Positions 53,105-64,000 of a stretch of DNA of 64,000 nucleotides are shown in pieces. The notes below the pieces were generated by a model. That model was given only the letters and a program-made list of their open reading frames with translations, was not told where the DNA came from and ran no database searches. The stretch covers positions 8,992,001-9,056,000 of the forward strand of contig CM075991.1 in NCBI GenBank assembly GCA_038087875.1. Direction: 5' to 3'. Origin of the DNA: Malacoraja senta (Eukaryota). The translations under genes were made by a program, and so were the position numbers. Each line of letters starts with the position of its first letter. Within the stretch, counting starts at the first letter, position 1.

Positions 53105-53189
53105 AACTCGACGTGCACAAACAGAAGATCAAATAGAACAAGTTGACCTACAACTTTAGGCTGTGCACGCCGTACGCAAGACGAAGAAG
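53051..53189 (+). mobile_element. Short ribozyme-headed retroposon (SINE-like), copy B
   Basis: 11-bp TSD ACCTCAGGGAA (53040-53050 and 53190-53200), (GAA)n tail, near-identical to 29030-29163 and 48501-48646. Confidence 0.9.
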
Positions 53190-54192
53190 ACCTCAGGGAA
53201 TCACCCAACACAATGTAGGTGTTCTCACACCCAGTCTTTCTCTCTCTTCTCCCCTGGGCAGCAGATACAAAAGCACGTACAACCAGATTCCAAACCCTTC
53301 TACCCTACCCTACTCTGCCCTACTCTAGGACCTCTCATATACTAAAGATGAATACTTGCTCTCCTGATCTGCCTCTTTGTGGCCCTTGCACTTCTTTTGT
53401 AAGTAAGTAAGTTTATTGGCCAAGTATTCACATACAAGGAATTTGCCTTGGTGCTCCGCCCACAAGTAACAACATGACATACAGTGACAGTTACGAATGA
53501 CTCAGAAAACACTAAACATTAATAATAATAAAACATTAATGATAAAACACCATTGATCAAGCATGTGAACCAACAAAATACCAGATCAAAGGGAGGCTAC
53601 AGATTTTTGGCTGTTGAGTAGAGCAACTACTCGTGGATAAAAACTGTGGGGTTTTTTAATCACATTTTCCCTGTAGCTGTAACAACATATGAATATTGGT
53701 TTCTCTAACTTCAAGTAACCCCTGCATCCCCTCTCTCGCTGTCCCTCCTCCACCCTCGTTGTTGCCTTCGTTTTACTGTCAACCTGTTTGTGTCACTCGT
53801 TACCACCTTCACCACAGGTGATGGATGGTCAGCATAAACCTGGTGGGTCGAAGGGCCTATTTCCATGTTGCTTGATTGTATAACAGTTAAATAGTCATTG
53901 TAAATTGTACAGCTAGAAGAGTCGCAGCCTCAGAGCTCCAACGCATCTGCTTCAATCCTGACATTAGGTGCTGTCTGTGTGGAGTTTGCAGGTTCACCCT
54001 GTGACTGCACGGGTTTCCTCTGGGTGCTCAAAGTCGTGCAGGTCAATAAGGTAATTGCAACCACTATAAATGTTTCCTTCGTTTAGGTGAGTGGTAAAGT
54101 CCAGGGATAACTGAGCGGAATGTGCGGAGAGTAAATTGGGATGAGTTAAGTAGATGCTTGTTGCTGGCACAGAGTCAATGATTCAATTCATT

Positions 54193-54476
54193 GGGGCGGC
54201 ACGGTGTTGCAGCGGTAGAGTTGCTGTCTTGCAGTATTAGAGACCAGGGTTCGATCCTGACCATGGGTGTTGTCTGTACGGAATTTGTACATTCTCCCCG
54301 TGACCTGCGTGGGTTTCCTTCCATGTTCCAAAGACGTGCAGGTTTGTAGGTTAATTGGCTCGGTAAAATTGTAAATTGTCCCTCGCGTGTAGGATAGTGT
54401 GAGTGAACAGGGATCGCTGGTTGGCGCAAACTCAAGGGACTGTTTCCATGCTGTCTCGCTAAACTAAGCTAAACTA
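54193..54476 (+). mobile_element. HE1/V-SINE
   Basis: Consensus match. Confidence 0.85.
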
Positions 54477-54614
54477 GATTCAATGATATTTTTCTGTCAA
54501 ATGTACCAAGGAACAGGGAAATGCTTTGTTTTTCATTCAACCCAGTAAAATCATACAGCAGACCTCACCCAGGCAGTCACAAGTGTCACCACATGTCTGG
54601 CACTGACAAAGGTA

Positions 54615-55029
54615 AGGGGCTGTCCCACTTGAGACCTAATCCGCGAGTTCTGGCGAGTTTGCCCTCGACTCATACTCGCAGCATGGTCGACACGAGGTCG
54701 TAGGAGGTCTTCGTAACTCTCCTTCATGCTCGAGAGTGGTCTCCGCGTACTCGAGGTCTCAGCTAGGTCGCGGCGTTTTTTGCAATATGATAAAAAAAAT
54801 GCCCGCGAGTAAAAAAAGTTCGCCATGGAAATAATCGATACTTTTTTTACTCGTAGGTTTAGTTGTAGTAGGTCGTAGTAGGTCGGCATATTAGTCGTAG
54901 GTAATCGAGGGTAGTCGAAGGTAGTCGTAGCTAGTCTTCATCATAGTCGAAGGAAGGTCGAAGGGAGGTCGAAGGAGATCTTCAACATGACATTTTTTCA
55001 AATTAGGTCGCCCAAGTGGGACAGGCCCT
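54615..55029. mobile_element. PIF/Harbinger-like MITE, inverted relative of 26708-27236
   Basis: Same TIR and reverse-complement internal sequence. Confidence 0.82.
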
Positions 55030-55073
55030 TTACAAAAGTTACAAAAATATTGCATCCTGAACAAGTGTATGTG

Positions 55074-55393
55074 TAGTTTAGTTTAGAGATACAGCGCGGA
55101 AACAGGCCCTTCGGCCCACCGAGTTCGCGCCGACCAGCGATCCCCGCACATTAATACTATCCTACACACACACTAGGGAGAATTTACACTTATACCCAGC
55201 CAATGAACCTATAAACCTGTATGTCTTTGGAGCGTGGGAGGAAACCGAAGGTCTCGGAGAAAACCCATGCAGGTCACGGGGAGAATGTCCAAACTCCACA
55301 CAAACAGCACCCGAGGTCTGGTTCGAACCTGGGTCTCCAGCGTTGCAAGCGCTGTAAGGCAGCGACTTTTCCGCTGCTCCACCGTGCCGCCCA
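55074..55393 (-). mobile_element. HE1/V-SINE
   Basis: Full-length consensus match. Confidence 0.88.
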
Positions 55394-55465
55394 TATGACT
55401 TTAGGTCCTTATCCCATAGGCTCTGGAGACCCAAGCACGGTGCATACACAAGTTCCCCTTCATTA

Positions 55466-55917
55466 CCGATGAAAGAATGGGTCGACTGGGCTTGTATTCA
55501 CTGGAATTTAGAAGGGTGAGAGGATATCTTATAGAAACATGTAAAATTCTAAAAGGATTGGACAGGCTAGATGCAGGAAAAATGTTCCTGATGTTGGGGG
55601 AGTCCAGAACCAGGGGTCACAGTTTATGAATAAGGGGTAGGCCATTTAAGACTGAGATGAGGAAAAACTTCTTCACCTAGAGAGTTGTGAATCTGTGGAA
55701 TTTTCTTCCACAGAAGGCAGTGGAGACCAATTCACTGGGTGTTTTCAGGAGAGAGTTAGATTTAGCCCTTAGGGCTAAAGGAATCAAGGGATATCAGGAG
55801 AAAGCAGGAACGGGGTACTGATTTTAGATGATCAGCCATGACCATATTGAATGGCGGTGCTGGCTCGAAGGGCCGAATGGCCTACTCCTGCACCTATTTT
55901 TCTGTGTTTCTATGTTT
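55466..55917 (+). mobile_element. CR1 3' fragment
   Basis: Close match to the reverse complement of 1805-2245. Confidence 0.88.
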
Positions 55918-56697
55918 CCATCCACTGGAGTCTCTGTCGCTGCAAGGAATTCCATCAGTGGGTCCATTGTGACTCACCGCTCGTCACCATAGCTCTCAGT
56001 ATTAAAATATAACCTGGCCTCTCACTTTGGTTTTCAGGTGACATTTATTGGTTTCAATAAAATGCATTCGCCTCCCTCGCTGAAGCACACTTGCCTGTGA
56101 CAAATGTTGCTTCCACCCAGTTTCACCCCCGAGAATCAAACACGTCTTTCATCAAAAATATTGCCAACCAATTCACAGCACAATAACTCTAGTAATGGCT
56201 CTCTGTATTGCCCACAGCTTGAGCTCAACATAATTAAACCAAAGCTACAAATTTGATTTTTAAATAGGCAGCCTTATTTCAAACCAAAGATCTTAACATA
56301 ATGCTTTTATTCAGCCGCTGAATGAAACAATCTTTTATACGCTCTCATATCTTTGCAATTAGAATTGTTCTTGCATTTAGCATACCTTTCCGATGCATTT
56401 GTTTCACAGAATGTGTCACTTGATCGTTTACAGCCAGATACATTATAATGAAATAAATTTGAACTTTGGTCTCTCAAAGCGCACGACAAATCACAAGTCA
56501 ATTGTACCACTCAGTTAGTAAGTTGGAATTTGCCTCAAGACCCAGCTTGATCATTAGTTTTCCTCTTATAAATTAAATTATTAATTGAGGGGATAATACT
56601 TATAGCAGGAAACCGCACGCTCCTCTAAACGAGCCATCAGGGACCCAGCAGTCATTTAAAATTGTAAATTGTCCCTTGTGTGTGCAGGGTGGTGTTA

Positions 56698-57272
56698 AGG
56701 ACCTGTCCCACTTGGACGACCTAATCCAAGAGTTTAGAAGACCCTAGAGGAGTTGAAAAAAATGTCACGGTCGTGTTGACTCGCAGAAGTTAAAGACCTC
56801 CTAAGGCCTCCTACAACTATGTCTACGACCTCTTACGACTATGTCTACGACCTCCTACGACCCCCTGGACCTCAGTCTTCCACACCTAAGACCAACTACG
56901 ACTAGCTACGAGTGGAAAATGATCACGATAAAATGATGTCATGTTTGCATTTTATTTCCCGGGCCAGTTACCGATCTACGACTACCATCACGACCTACTA
57001 CGACCTACTACGACCTACCTACGAGTAAAAATGATCAATTTTTCCATGCCGACCTTTTTTTTACTCGTGGACTTTTTTTTATCAGGCTGGAAAAAAAACG
57101 CCGCGACCTACTTGAGGCCACGAGTACCCGGAGACCGCTCACGAGCATGAGGAAGGGTTTACGAAGACCTCCTACGACCTCCAACGACCTCGTGGCGACC
57201 ATGCTGCGAGTATGAGTCAAGGGCAAACTCGGCAGAGGTCGCCAATTAGGTCGTGAAAGTGGGACAGGGATT
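56698..57272. mobile_element. PIF/Harbinger-like MITE inserted in an HE1 SINE
   Basis: TIR core CTGTCCCACTT. TTA TSD splits the SINE motif GTGTTAGTGTGCGGGG. Confidence 0.82.
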
Positions 57273-57828
57273 TTAGTGTGCGGGGATCGCTGGTCGGTGC
57301 AGACTCGGTGGGCCGAAGGGATAGTTTCCGCGCTGTATCTCTAAACTAAACATTTAGCTTCCATCTGTCACGCTCAACATATGTCTTAAAAGAAAGGGTG
57401 AATATCGTTTTTAGACATTAAGGGAATTGAGTCCTATGTTTTTGTTTGTGCACATTTTAAATAATGCAATGAGGACAATAACTGCATTTTGGCCAGCATT
57501 GGGTTATACGTCTGCATTTTGCTCACTATAGTGTTACTAATGGGATGATAATGAGATGATCAAACTATTTATTTTGGTCGTGTGCCGATTGCAGAGGCTA
57601 CATTTTTGAGAGGATTTACAATGATTACTGATTATTCTTCCGGCGTGGGCGGACTGCCACGAAGGTGGGGGGAGAGAATAAAGGAGGACTTGGCGCGGGA
57701 TCCTTTGTAACTTTGTCGTTGCGCTTTATGTAGCAACTATTTACACACCTCGGGTAAGAATTGGGTAGGACTCAGTATTAAGAAGGGTCATCCTACTCTC
57801 CAGAGATGCTGCAAGTCTCGCTGAGTTA

Positions 57829-58587
57829 AGGGCCTGTCCCACTTGGCTGTCATACGCGCGCCATTTACGCCACCTGCTAGCGTGTGGGTAGCGCGTGGGT
57901 AGTGTGTGGGTAGCGCGGGACGGGCGCATGGAGTGGTGTGAATGTGTGGAGTGGCGTGGAGGAGTGTGGACTTCGTCCTGCACTAAATCTTCGCGCGCCA
58001 CCGTCTGTCACGTAACTGACGGCCAAAGTGGGACAGGCCCAAGACCCTGGCGCGGCGCAACGTCTCACCTCCAACAGCAGCAGAAGCAGGCAAACGATCG
58101 GCGAGCTCGGCCTGGGGCTCACGGCCGTTGCGGATCCGGATCCGCCCCCACTCCTACTCCCAGAGCGGGGCCAAGTCGATTGGAGATAGACACAAAACGC
58201 AGGAGTAACTCAGCGGGACCGGCAGCATCTCTGGAGAGAAGGATGATGTTTCGGGTCTCGACCCTTCTTCAGTCTGAAGAAGGGTCTCGACCCGAAACGT
58301 CACCCATTGCTTCCTCCAGAGATGCTGCAGCATCTCTGGAGAGAAGGATGATGTTTCGGGTCTCGACCCTTCTTCAGTCTGAAGAAGGATCTCGACCCGA
58401 AACGTCATCCATTGCTTCCTCCAGAGATGCTGCCGGTCCCGCTGAGTTACTCCTGCATTTTGTGTCTATCTTCAAATGACGTCACGCGCCCCAGACGGCT
58501 GTGCGGACGCATGATGAGGCGCGCGACCGTCGCGCGTCAGTCGCCACCGGCCTGTCGCGTAAATGACGGCCAAGTGGGACAGGCCCT
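57829..58587. mobile_element. PIF/Harbinger-like element with a nested Penelope-like palindrome
   Basis: AGGGCCTGTCCCACTTGG..CCAAGTGGGACAGGCCCT. TTA TSD splits CTGAGTTACTCCAGC. Extra internal TIR copy near 58021-58040. Confidence 0.82.
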
Positions 58588-58936
58588 TTACTCCAGCATT
58601 TTGTGTCTATCTTCGGTTTAAACCAGCATCTGCAGTTCCTTCCCACACATTGTTCATATCCCTCCATCCGCTCAGCAGAGGAAGTTGGAATGTTGGGGGG
58701 ATACTGTAAAATAGTAAGATTAAACGAGAACTTACCAGTTTGAAGTTTGATCTGTATTTTATGAGGAGTTACGATGAGGGATTACGTGAAGAACCCGCTC
58801 AGTGCGCAGGCGCGGCATACTTCCAAGCAGCGGTGTGGAATCACAGATAGACACAGGTATTTGAAGTAAACATAGTAAAGAAAAGGAGACATCAATTTAT
58901 TAGTTTGATCCATATAATGAGGGTGGGAGCGGAGGG

Positions 58937-59049
58937 CACGTAATCCCTCATCGTAACTCCTCATAAAATACAGATCAAACTTCAAACTGGTAAGTTCTCG
59001 TTTAATCTTACTATTTTACTTCGGAGTCACGTGAGTGACTTCGTGAAGA
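58937..59049 (-). repeat. DIRS internal complementary region (ICR)
   Basis: 58937-59019 is the exact reverse complement of 58706-58788 (83 bp), and 59013-59049 is the reverse complement of 63528-63564. Confidence 0.93.
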
Positions 59050-59217
59050 TTTCAAAGCTCTGTGATTTCAAACCGTGTAACAGTTTTATTTCACTCACTG
59101 CCGAAAGTTCTTGAGGGAGGAAGTGTTATCGTAATCAACCAATGAATTCGTTTCTCAAGAAACAAAAAAGGTATTTATTAACAATAACAAAATTAAATAG
59201 CTCCCCCGGGCTTTAAA

Positions 59218-60200
59218 TTATATATTTGCAGCTTCTAATATTTTCTCTGCAAATAAATCTGGTTTCATCAACGGCTTATTATAAAAAGTTCTGAATGTCG
59301 TTTCCCTCGACCATCCTGCTGTATTCAGAATATGGTCAACCGGTACGTCCATTCTTTCCGCCGTTGATGTAGATGCTGCCCTAGTGGAATGAGATTTAAA
59401 TGTATTAGTATCTATTCCGGCAGCCTTCAGCACCTGATTGAGCCATCTTGCAATGGTTTGGCTCGTTACCTGGCCATGAGGTTTCTTGTGGCTGACCCAT
59501 AAGGCTTTTTCACTCCCTCTGATATTGTGGGTTGTGTCTATATAATGTTGTAGATGGGTCACGACACACAACCGTGGCTCTTGTGGGTAGGCCCGGAATA
59601 CCACCAGTGGATTAGCTGTTCCTGGCCTGCTTTGCTTCATCAGACCCTGTATGATGAATGTGATCTGATCTGGGGTGGTCACCATGTTGCCCAGCCTTAA
59701 CTTGTGTAGTGACTGAACCCTCTGAGCGGATACGAGTGCCATCAACATGAGCGTCTTTAGTGTAGATTGCTCGAGGCTGAGGGATCTGGCTGGTGGCCAT
59801 TCCCTGAGGTATGTCAGGACCACACTGATATCCCAAATATGGGTATACCTGGGTTTAGGGGCTTGATATTATAAATACCCTTCATCAGTTTTACCACCAG
59901 TGGATGTGATCCCATTGCCTGTTGTCCTGCTGGTTTGAGATACGCAGAAAGAGCACTCCGCGCTGTGTTGATGGCACTGTAACTAATCCCTTCATCATGG
60001 TGTAGATGGGCCAGGAACTCCAGTACGTTGGTGGCTGTGGCTGTTGCATACGTTGTTCCTGTTTCCTGGCAGTACTTCTCCCATTTTCTTATGCTGCTTA
60101 AGTACTGCCTCTTGGTGGATGTTCGAAGGGATGCCGACATGGTGGTGATGGTACGTTCGGACAATCCCAGTTCCAGATAAGGTCTATTCAAAACCTGCAA
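59218..60200 (-). pseudogene. DIRS tyrosine recombinase, frameshift near 59860
   Basis: N-terminal SAM-like part (STKRQY..W..YC, SYSAINTARSAL). Catalytic part with SAQRV, K, HSTRAAS, AGWS and TFRTFY (R-K-H-R-W-Y pattern). Confidence 0.9.
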
Positions 60201-60599
60201 CCCAGGAGTTTAATTTTCTCATGACATGGGTGGCTTATGCCTGTTACTGGGTGAGTTAATAATCCTGGATCACTGGGAAAGACCATTGGTGACTCAACCA
60301 CCATGTCATGTAGAACCGGGAACCATGGCTGTGTAGGCCAGTCGGGCACCATCAAAATTCCAGAAGCAGAGTCCATCTGTATTTTGCGAAGTACCCGACT
60401 GATGAGGCAGAAGGGAGGGAAAGCATAGAAGAAGAACTTTCCCAATCAGCGTGAAGGCATCTAGCGCTGCTGCCTCTGGGTCTGGTTCCCAAGCGACATA
60501 CATAGGTAACTGGTGATTTAGTCGTGATGCAAATAAATCAATATCTGGCATTCCATACTGCTTAATAACTTTAGCAAATACTTTAGGTTTAACATCCAT
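60188..60599 (-). pseudogene. DIRS DAM-like (N6-adenine) methyltransferase domain, split by a frameshift
   Basis: PDIDLFASRLN...DAF in one frame and YAFPPF...VPDWPTQPWFP in the next are the characteristic DIRS1 MT motifs. Confidence 0.85.
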
Positions 60600-60975
60600 T
60601 CTATGTTATCATTGAATTTGCGTGACCTGGTGTCTGCCACTTTGTTTTGCTTACCTGGTAGATAAGTAGCTGATAGCCAAATATGTCTTTCGACACACCA
60701 TTGCCAAATCACATTGACCAATTTGTCGCATGATAGTGATTTTATGCCGCCCATATGGTTAATATAAGCCACCACCGTAGTATTATCTATTTGTAACCGA
60801 ACATGCAAGTGCTGCATAGTAGATACATATGCTTTTAAACCATAAAAGGCTCCCAACATCTCTAGATAGTTAATGCCCAGTGTCAGTAGTAACGATGACT
60901 CTAGGTTAGTCCATCTACCACCTGTGCTGGATATGGAGTTAGTTGCTCCCCAGCCTTGAGCACTGGCATCTGTTG
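60518..60975 (-). pseudogene. DIRS RNase H domain
   Basis: INYLEML, IDNTTVVAYINHMGG and YLPGKQNKVADTRSR are typical DIRS RNase H motifs. Confidence 0.88.
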
Positions 60976-62208
60976 AAGAACTAAAGTAGGGTTAGTGATA
61001 ATGATAGAGCTGACACTATGCCAAACATTTTCTGCCCACCACTGTAGCTCTGATATTGCTTCAGTGGGTAATTTCATGACACGATCATAGTGACCTGTAT
61101 GTCGTTTTAGTGCCTGTACCTTTGCTCTTTGTAAATTTTGATAGTGCAAAGGTCCGAATTGTGTAGCCGGAAATGCTGCTACCATTTTCCCAATCACTCT
61201 TGCTACTTGTCGAATAGTTGGTCGTTTGTTGACCATTAAATTGTTGCATGATTGTGCTAATGCAACCATTTTTTCCTTTGGCAAGGTAACAGTCATATGG
61301 ACTGAGTTAATTGTGAAGCCCAGGTAGTCCATGATAGTGGATGGCTTCAACTTAGATTTATCTGGATGTATGATGAACCCCAGAGTTTCGAGGAGCTGTT
61401 TTGTAGCTGATACTGCTGCCACAGCCAATTCCTTCATTTTCCCTACTATCAGAATATCATCCAAATATGCCATGACAATAAGTTTTTGTTTTCTTAGTAT
61501 TGCCATGGCTATTTTCAATATTTTGGTAAATAATCTTGGGGCCGAAGTTAGCCCATTGGGCAATGCTTTGTACTGCCACAGCTGCCCCAACCAGATAAAT
61601 TTTAGGTATCTGCAATGATCTTTGTGTATGGGGACTGAATAGTACGCATCTTTAAGATCAATGCTTGCCATGAAGTATCCTTTGGAAATCAGTTGTTTGG
61701 CAGTAACAAATGTTTCCATTTTGAAATGTATATACTGAACAAACTTATTTAGTGATCTTAAGTCGATGAGGATGCGACATCCCCCATCTTTTTTGGTTTT
61801 AGTGAATATATTTGATACAAATTCCAAAGGTTCATGTTTGGTCTTTTCGATGACCCCCTTTGTGATAAGTCTCACCAGTTCAGCTTGTCCCTCATGTTTC
61901 TCTTTGACGGAGGGAGAAAATACCCTTTGGGGCCAATGTTGAACTGGCGGCGATTGTTCTGACATGAACTGAATTTTATATCCACTAATGCTGTTGAGTA
62001 TATACTTGTCACTCGTGACAGTAACCCATGCTTCTTTAAACAAGTGTAATCTCCCCCCTGTTAGTAAAGCACCCTTATTCTCTATATGCTGGCAGGAACC
62101 AGACCCACCTACCTCCATGGTTATTGGTGTTTCTTTTGTTTCCTGAGGTTTTTGTACGGTTTGTTTGTCTGACGTGCTGGCGATGTTGGGGGGTGGCGCA
62201 TTTTCCAT
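60901..62208 (-). pseudogene. DIRS reverse transcriptase domain (frameshift at the RT/RNase H junction)
   Basis: Motifs GGRL, KKDGGCR..IDLRSLN, FKMET, IDLKDAY, ALPNGL..APRLFTK, YLDD, YLGF. The frame is lost near 60970, where the expected DAS..GWG continues in another frame. Confidence 0.93.
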
Positions 62209-63422
62209 GGGGTCCGCTGTGGGCCCTGATCTAAAAAAGATCTTTGGGGATAAAATGCGGTCCCCGAGCTTTCACCAGTCCCATATTGAGGATGTCGACT
62301 GGTGGATGCCATGGGGTGCTGCCGCTTGGGTATTGCAGCTCTTGGTTTGCTCGTCCCGGGGCCTGCCCTCATGAGGCCGAATGTTTTCGCTGCTTCCTCC
62401 ATGTCCCTCAGTTTTTTATTGAGGTCTTTCCCAAATAACAGAGCATCCGTCTCTGCAGCTGGGGCTCTGCACAACCCAGCAAATTTGGGATTGAGGGCAG
62501 GTCTTATGTTTTCGCGCCGGAGATTGTTGATTTCAAATTGTGTGTTGCACATCAGTGCCAGCACATCCTGCTGGCACGTATCCATCTCCGTACTATCCAC
62601 AGAACGAGCAAAGGCTGTTATGGCTGACGTCAGGAGCCTCAGGATCCGCTGTAGCTTGACTTCATGGTTACGCATGTTTGACCCCACGTGCCCCCAGATC
62701 TGGCTGTTCACAGTCTTCACTCTGAGGGCCTCACAGTTCTCTGGTGCTGTGTACAGTTCAAGCGCCTCTAGCAGTACCTTCTCCTGCAAGGGCTTATTTG
62801 ATAGATGATTTATGCTGGCCGCCATTTTTGGTTCCAGCGGTCTTCCAGCACGTGGGGTTGCTACATAGCGGTCCACGACACCCAGCAGCTCTTCCTGCTC
62901 CTGCACCCCTTGCATACCGCCGAATTCGTCCGCCAGCCCCTGTTCCAGACCAGCCCAACCCTGGTCACCAATGCTAGCCTCCAGTAATGAGGGAGCAGAG
63001 GGCAGTGCACAAGACACTGTGGAGGAGGTGCCTGACCTACCTCCGCGGGAACGCTCCTTCTGCGCATCCCGCTGGAGCATCTGCTCCAAGAGCTGTTGTA
63101 AGCTCTGGCAGCTGTCTCTCCTCCGTTTCGGTGGAGACATGTCCCACTCCGACGAATCAGAAATGACCGGCCGGATACTTTTTCTCATGGCTTTCCTCCC
63201 TGTCCGCTGTGCAGGCATTAGCGGGACTGGGCTCGGCTCGGTCTCGGGGATAGCGGAGCGCTCTATGTGCGTTCCTGCCGCCTGTTGCTGTCCCCCTGCG
63301 ATTGAACGCTCCTCTGGTGGAGATGAGCTGGGGGCAGTTCTCTTCGAGAGTCTTTTCTTTTGTGAACTCATTTCGTAAGTACACGTCTTTAACTCTCCTT
63401 CTCCGTTAGATAACTTCAGCAT
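62121..63422 (-). CDS. DIRS ORF1 (gag-like), 433 aa, uninterrupted
   Basis: Long open ORF directly upstream of and overlapping the RT ORF. It contains LLFGKDL and RRENIRPALN-type motifs resembling DIRS gag C-termini. The true start may be the internal Met (MSSQKK). Confidence 0.8.
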   Translation of the reverse strand: MLKLSNGEGELKTCTYEMSSQKKRLSKRTAPSSSPPEERSIAGGQQQAAGTHIERSAIPETEPSPVPLMPAQRTGRKAMRKSIRPVISDSSEWDMSPPKRRRDSCQSLQQLLEQMLQRDAQKERSRGGRSGTSSTVSCALPSAPSLLEASIGDQGWAGLEQGLADEFGGMQGVQEQEELLGVVDRYVATPRAGRPLEPKMAASINHLSNKPLQEKVLLEALELYTAPENCEALRVKTVNSQIWGHVGSNMRNHEVKLQRILRLLTSAITAFARSVDSTEMDTCQQDVLALMCNTQFEINNLRRENIRPALNPKFAGLCRAPAAETDALLFGKDLNKKLRDMEEAAKTFGLMRAGPGTSKPRAAIPKRQHPMASTSRHPQYGTGESSGTAFYPQRSFLDQGPQRTPWKMRHPPTSPARQTNKPYKNLRKQKKHQ

Positions 63423-63707
63423 ACTTACCCAACGGTCCGTCTTTTAAACTGCAGCCGGAGCGCCTTCCTCCAGCTGCCGCCGCTGTTGCACTGCTGGCGT
63501 AATGCCGCGCCTGCGCACTGAGCGGGTTCTTCACGAAGTCACTCACGTGACTCCGAAGTAAAATCTGTAGGCTCCTTTGGTGCAGCTGCAAGTACTAACA
63601 CTCAGACTGAAGTCAAACTTGCAATGGGAAACTTGTTACCGAGGGCATTCTGGAATTGACAAGGTTTATCTGCTACAAACAAAGCCTCAAACACCTACCA
63701 ACAGTGA

Positions 63708-64000
63708 GCGGCACGGTGGCGCAGCGGTGGAGTTACTGCCTTACAGCGCCAGGGACCCCGGTTCGAACCTGACTTTGTGTGCTGCCTGTATGGAATTTGT
63801 ACGTTCCCCCCGTGACCTGCGTGGGTTTTCTCCAGGTGCTCCAGTATCCTCCCACACTCCAAAGACGTACAGGTTACTTGGCTTGATATAAAATGCAAAT
63901 CATCCCTAGTGTGTGTAGGATAGCGTTAGTGTGCGGGGACCGCTGGTAGGCGAAGGGCCTGTTTCCGCGCTGTATCTCTAAACTAAAATAAAACTAAACA
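63708..64000 (+). mobile_element. HE1/V-SINE
   Basis: Consensus match ending in (TAAAC)n. Confidence 0.88.

Larger units (their letters stand above)
58706..63564 (-). mobile_element. DIRS1-type tyrosine-recombinase retrotransposon, full length, ORFs frameshifted
   Basis: Minus-strand ORF order is gag-like, RT, RNase H, MT, YR. There are 34-bp inverted repeats at 58785-58818 and 63502-63535. The internal region 58937-59049 is complementary to both termini, and GTAAAAT is present at both ends. Confidence 0.95.

Noticed and set aside
1..58700. Numerous 60-190 aa ORFs in the ORF track
   Set aside because: They overlap SINE, CR1, Penelope-like, MITE or microsatellite sequence, recur as near-identical peptides, or are antisense shadows. 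No host protein family was recognised.
59218..60599. Integrase plus methyltransferase suggesting a prophage or bacterial contamination
   Set aside because: Both are standard DIRS1 domains lying inside DIRS terminal structures and flanked by vertebrate repeats.
62302..63378. Plus-strand ORFs opposite gag
   Set aside because: Antisense shadows of a GC-rich coding strand, with no recognisable motifs.
63423..63430. GTAAGT splice donor just upstream of the DIRS gag
   Set aside because: It could allow gag skipping, but I found no convincing acceptor before pol.
63708..63790. tRNA-like A and B boxes
   Set aside because: These are HE1 SINE heads followed by the V-domain and LINE tail, not tRNA genes.

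Overview
Eukaryotic, very repeat-rich non-coding window. The repeat set (HE1/V-SINE, HER1-type CR1, Rex-Babar, L1, Penelope-like ends, Harbinger MITEs) points to a cartilaginous fish such as a skate or ray; that is an inference. I could not support any host protein-coding exon. The one multi-gene element is a structurally complete but frameshifted DIRS1-type tyrosine-recombinase retrotransposon on the minus strand (58706-63564: gag, RT, RNase H, DAM-like methyltransferase, YR, inverted terminal repeats, internal complementary region). The most striking signal is a set of ribozyme-headed retroposons. Three copies of a ~135-145 bp element (29030, 48646 minus, 53051) begin, exactly at the TSD-defined 5' end, with a 54-nt minimal HDV/CPEB3-like ribozyme fold and end in (GAA)n. 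A second 438-bp family (23223-23660 minus) carries a larger HDV-like fold with a compensatory P1.1 change. The abundant Penelope-like fragments carry a hammerhead-like core. Also present are an inverted pair of ~1.04 kb TIR elements with 7-bp TSDs and several fold-back inversions. All folds were derived by eye and none has been tested. Boundaries of degraded repeats are approximate.
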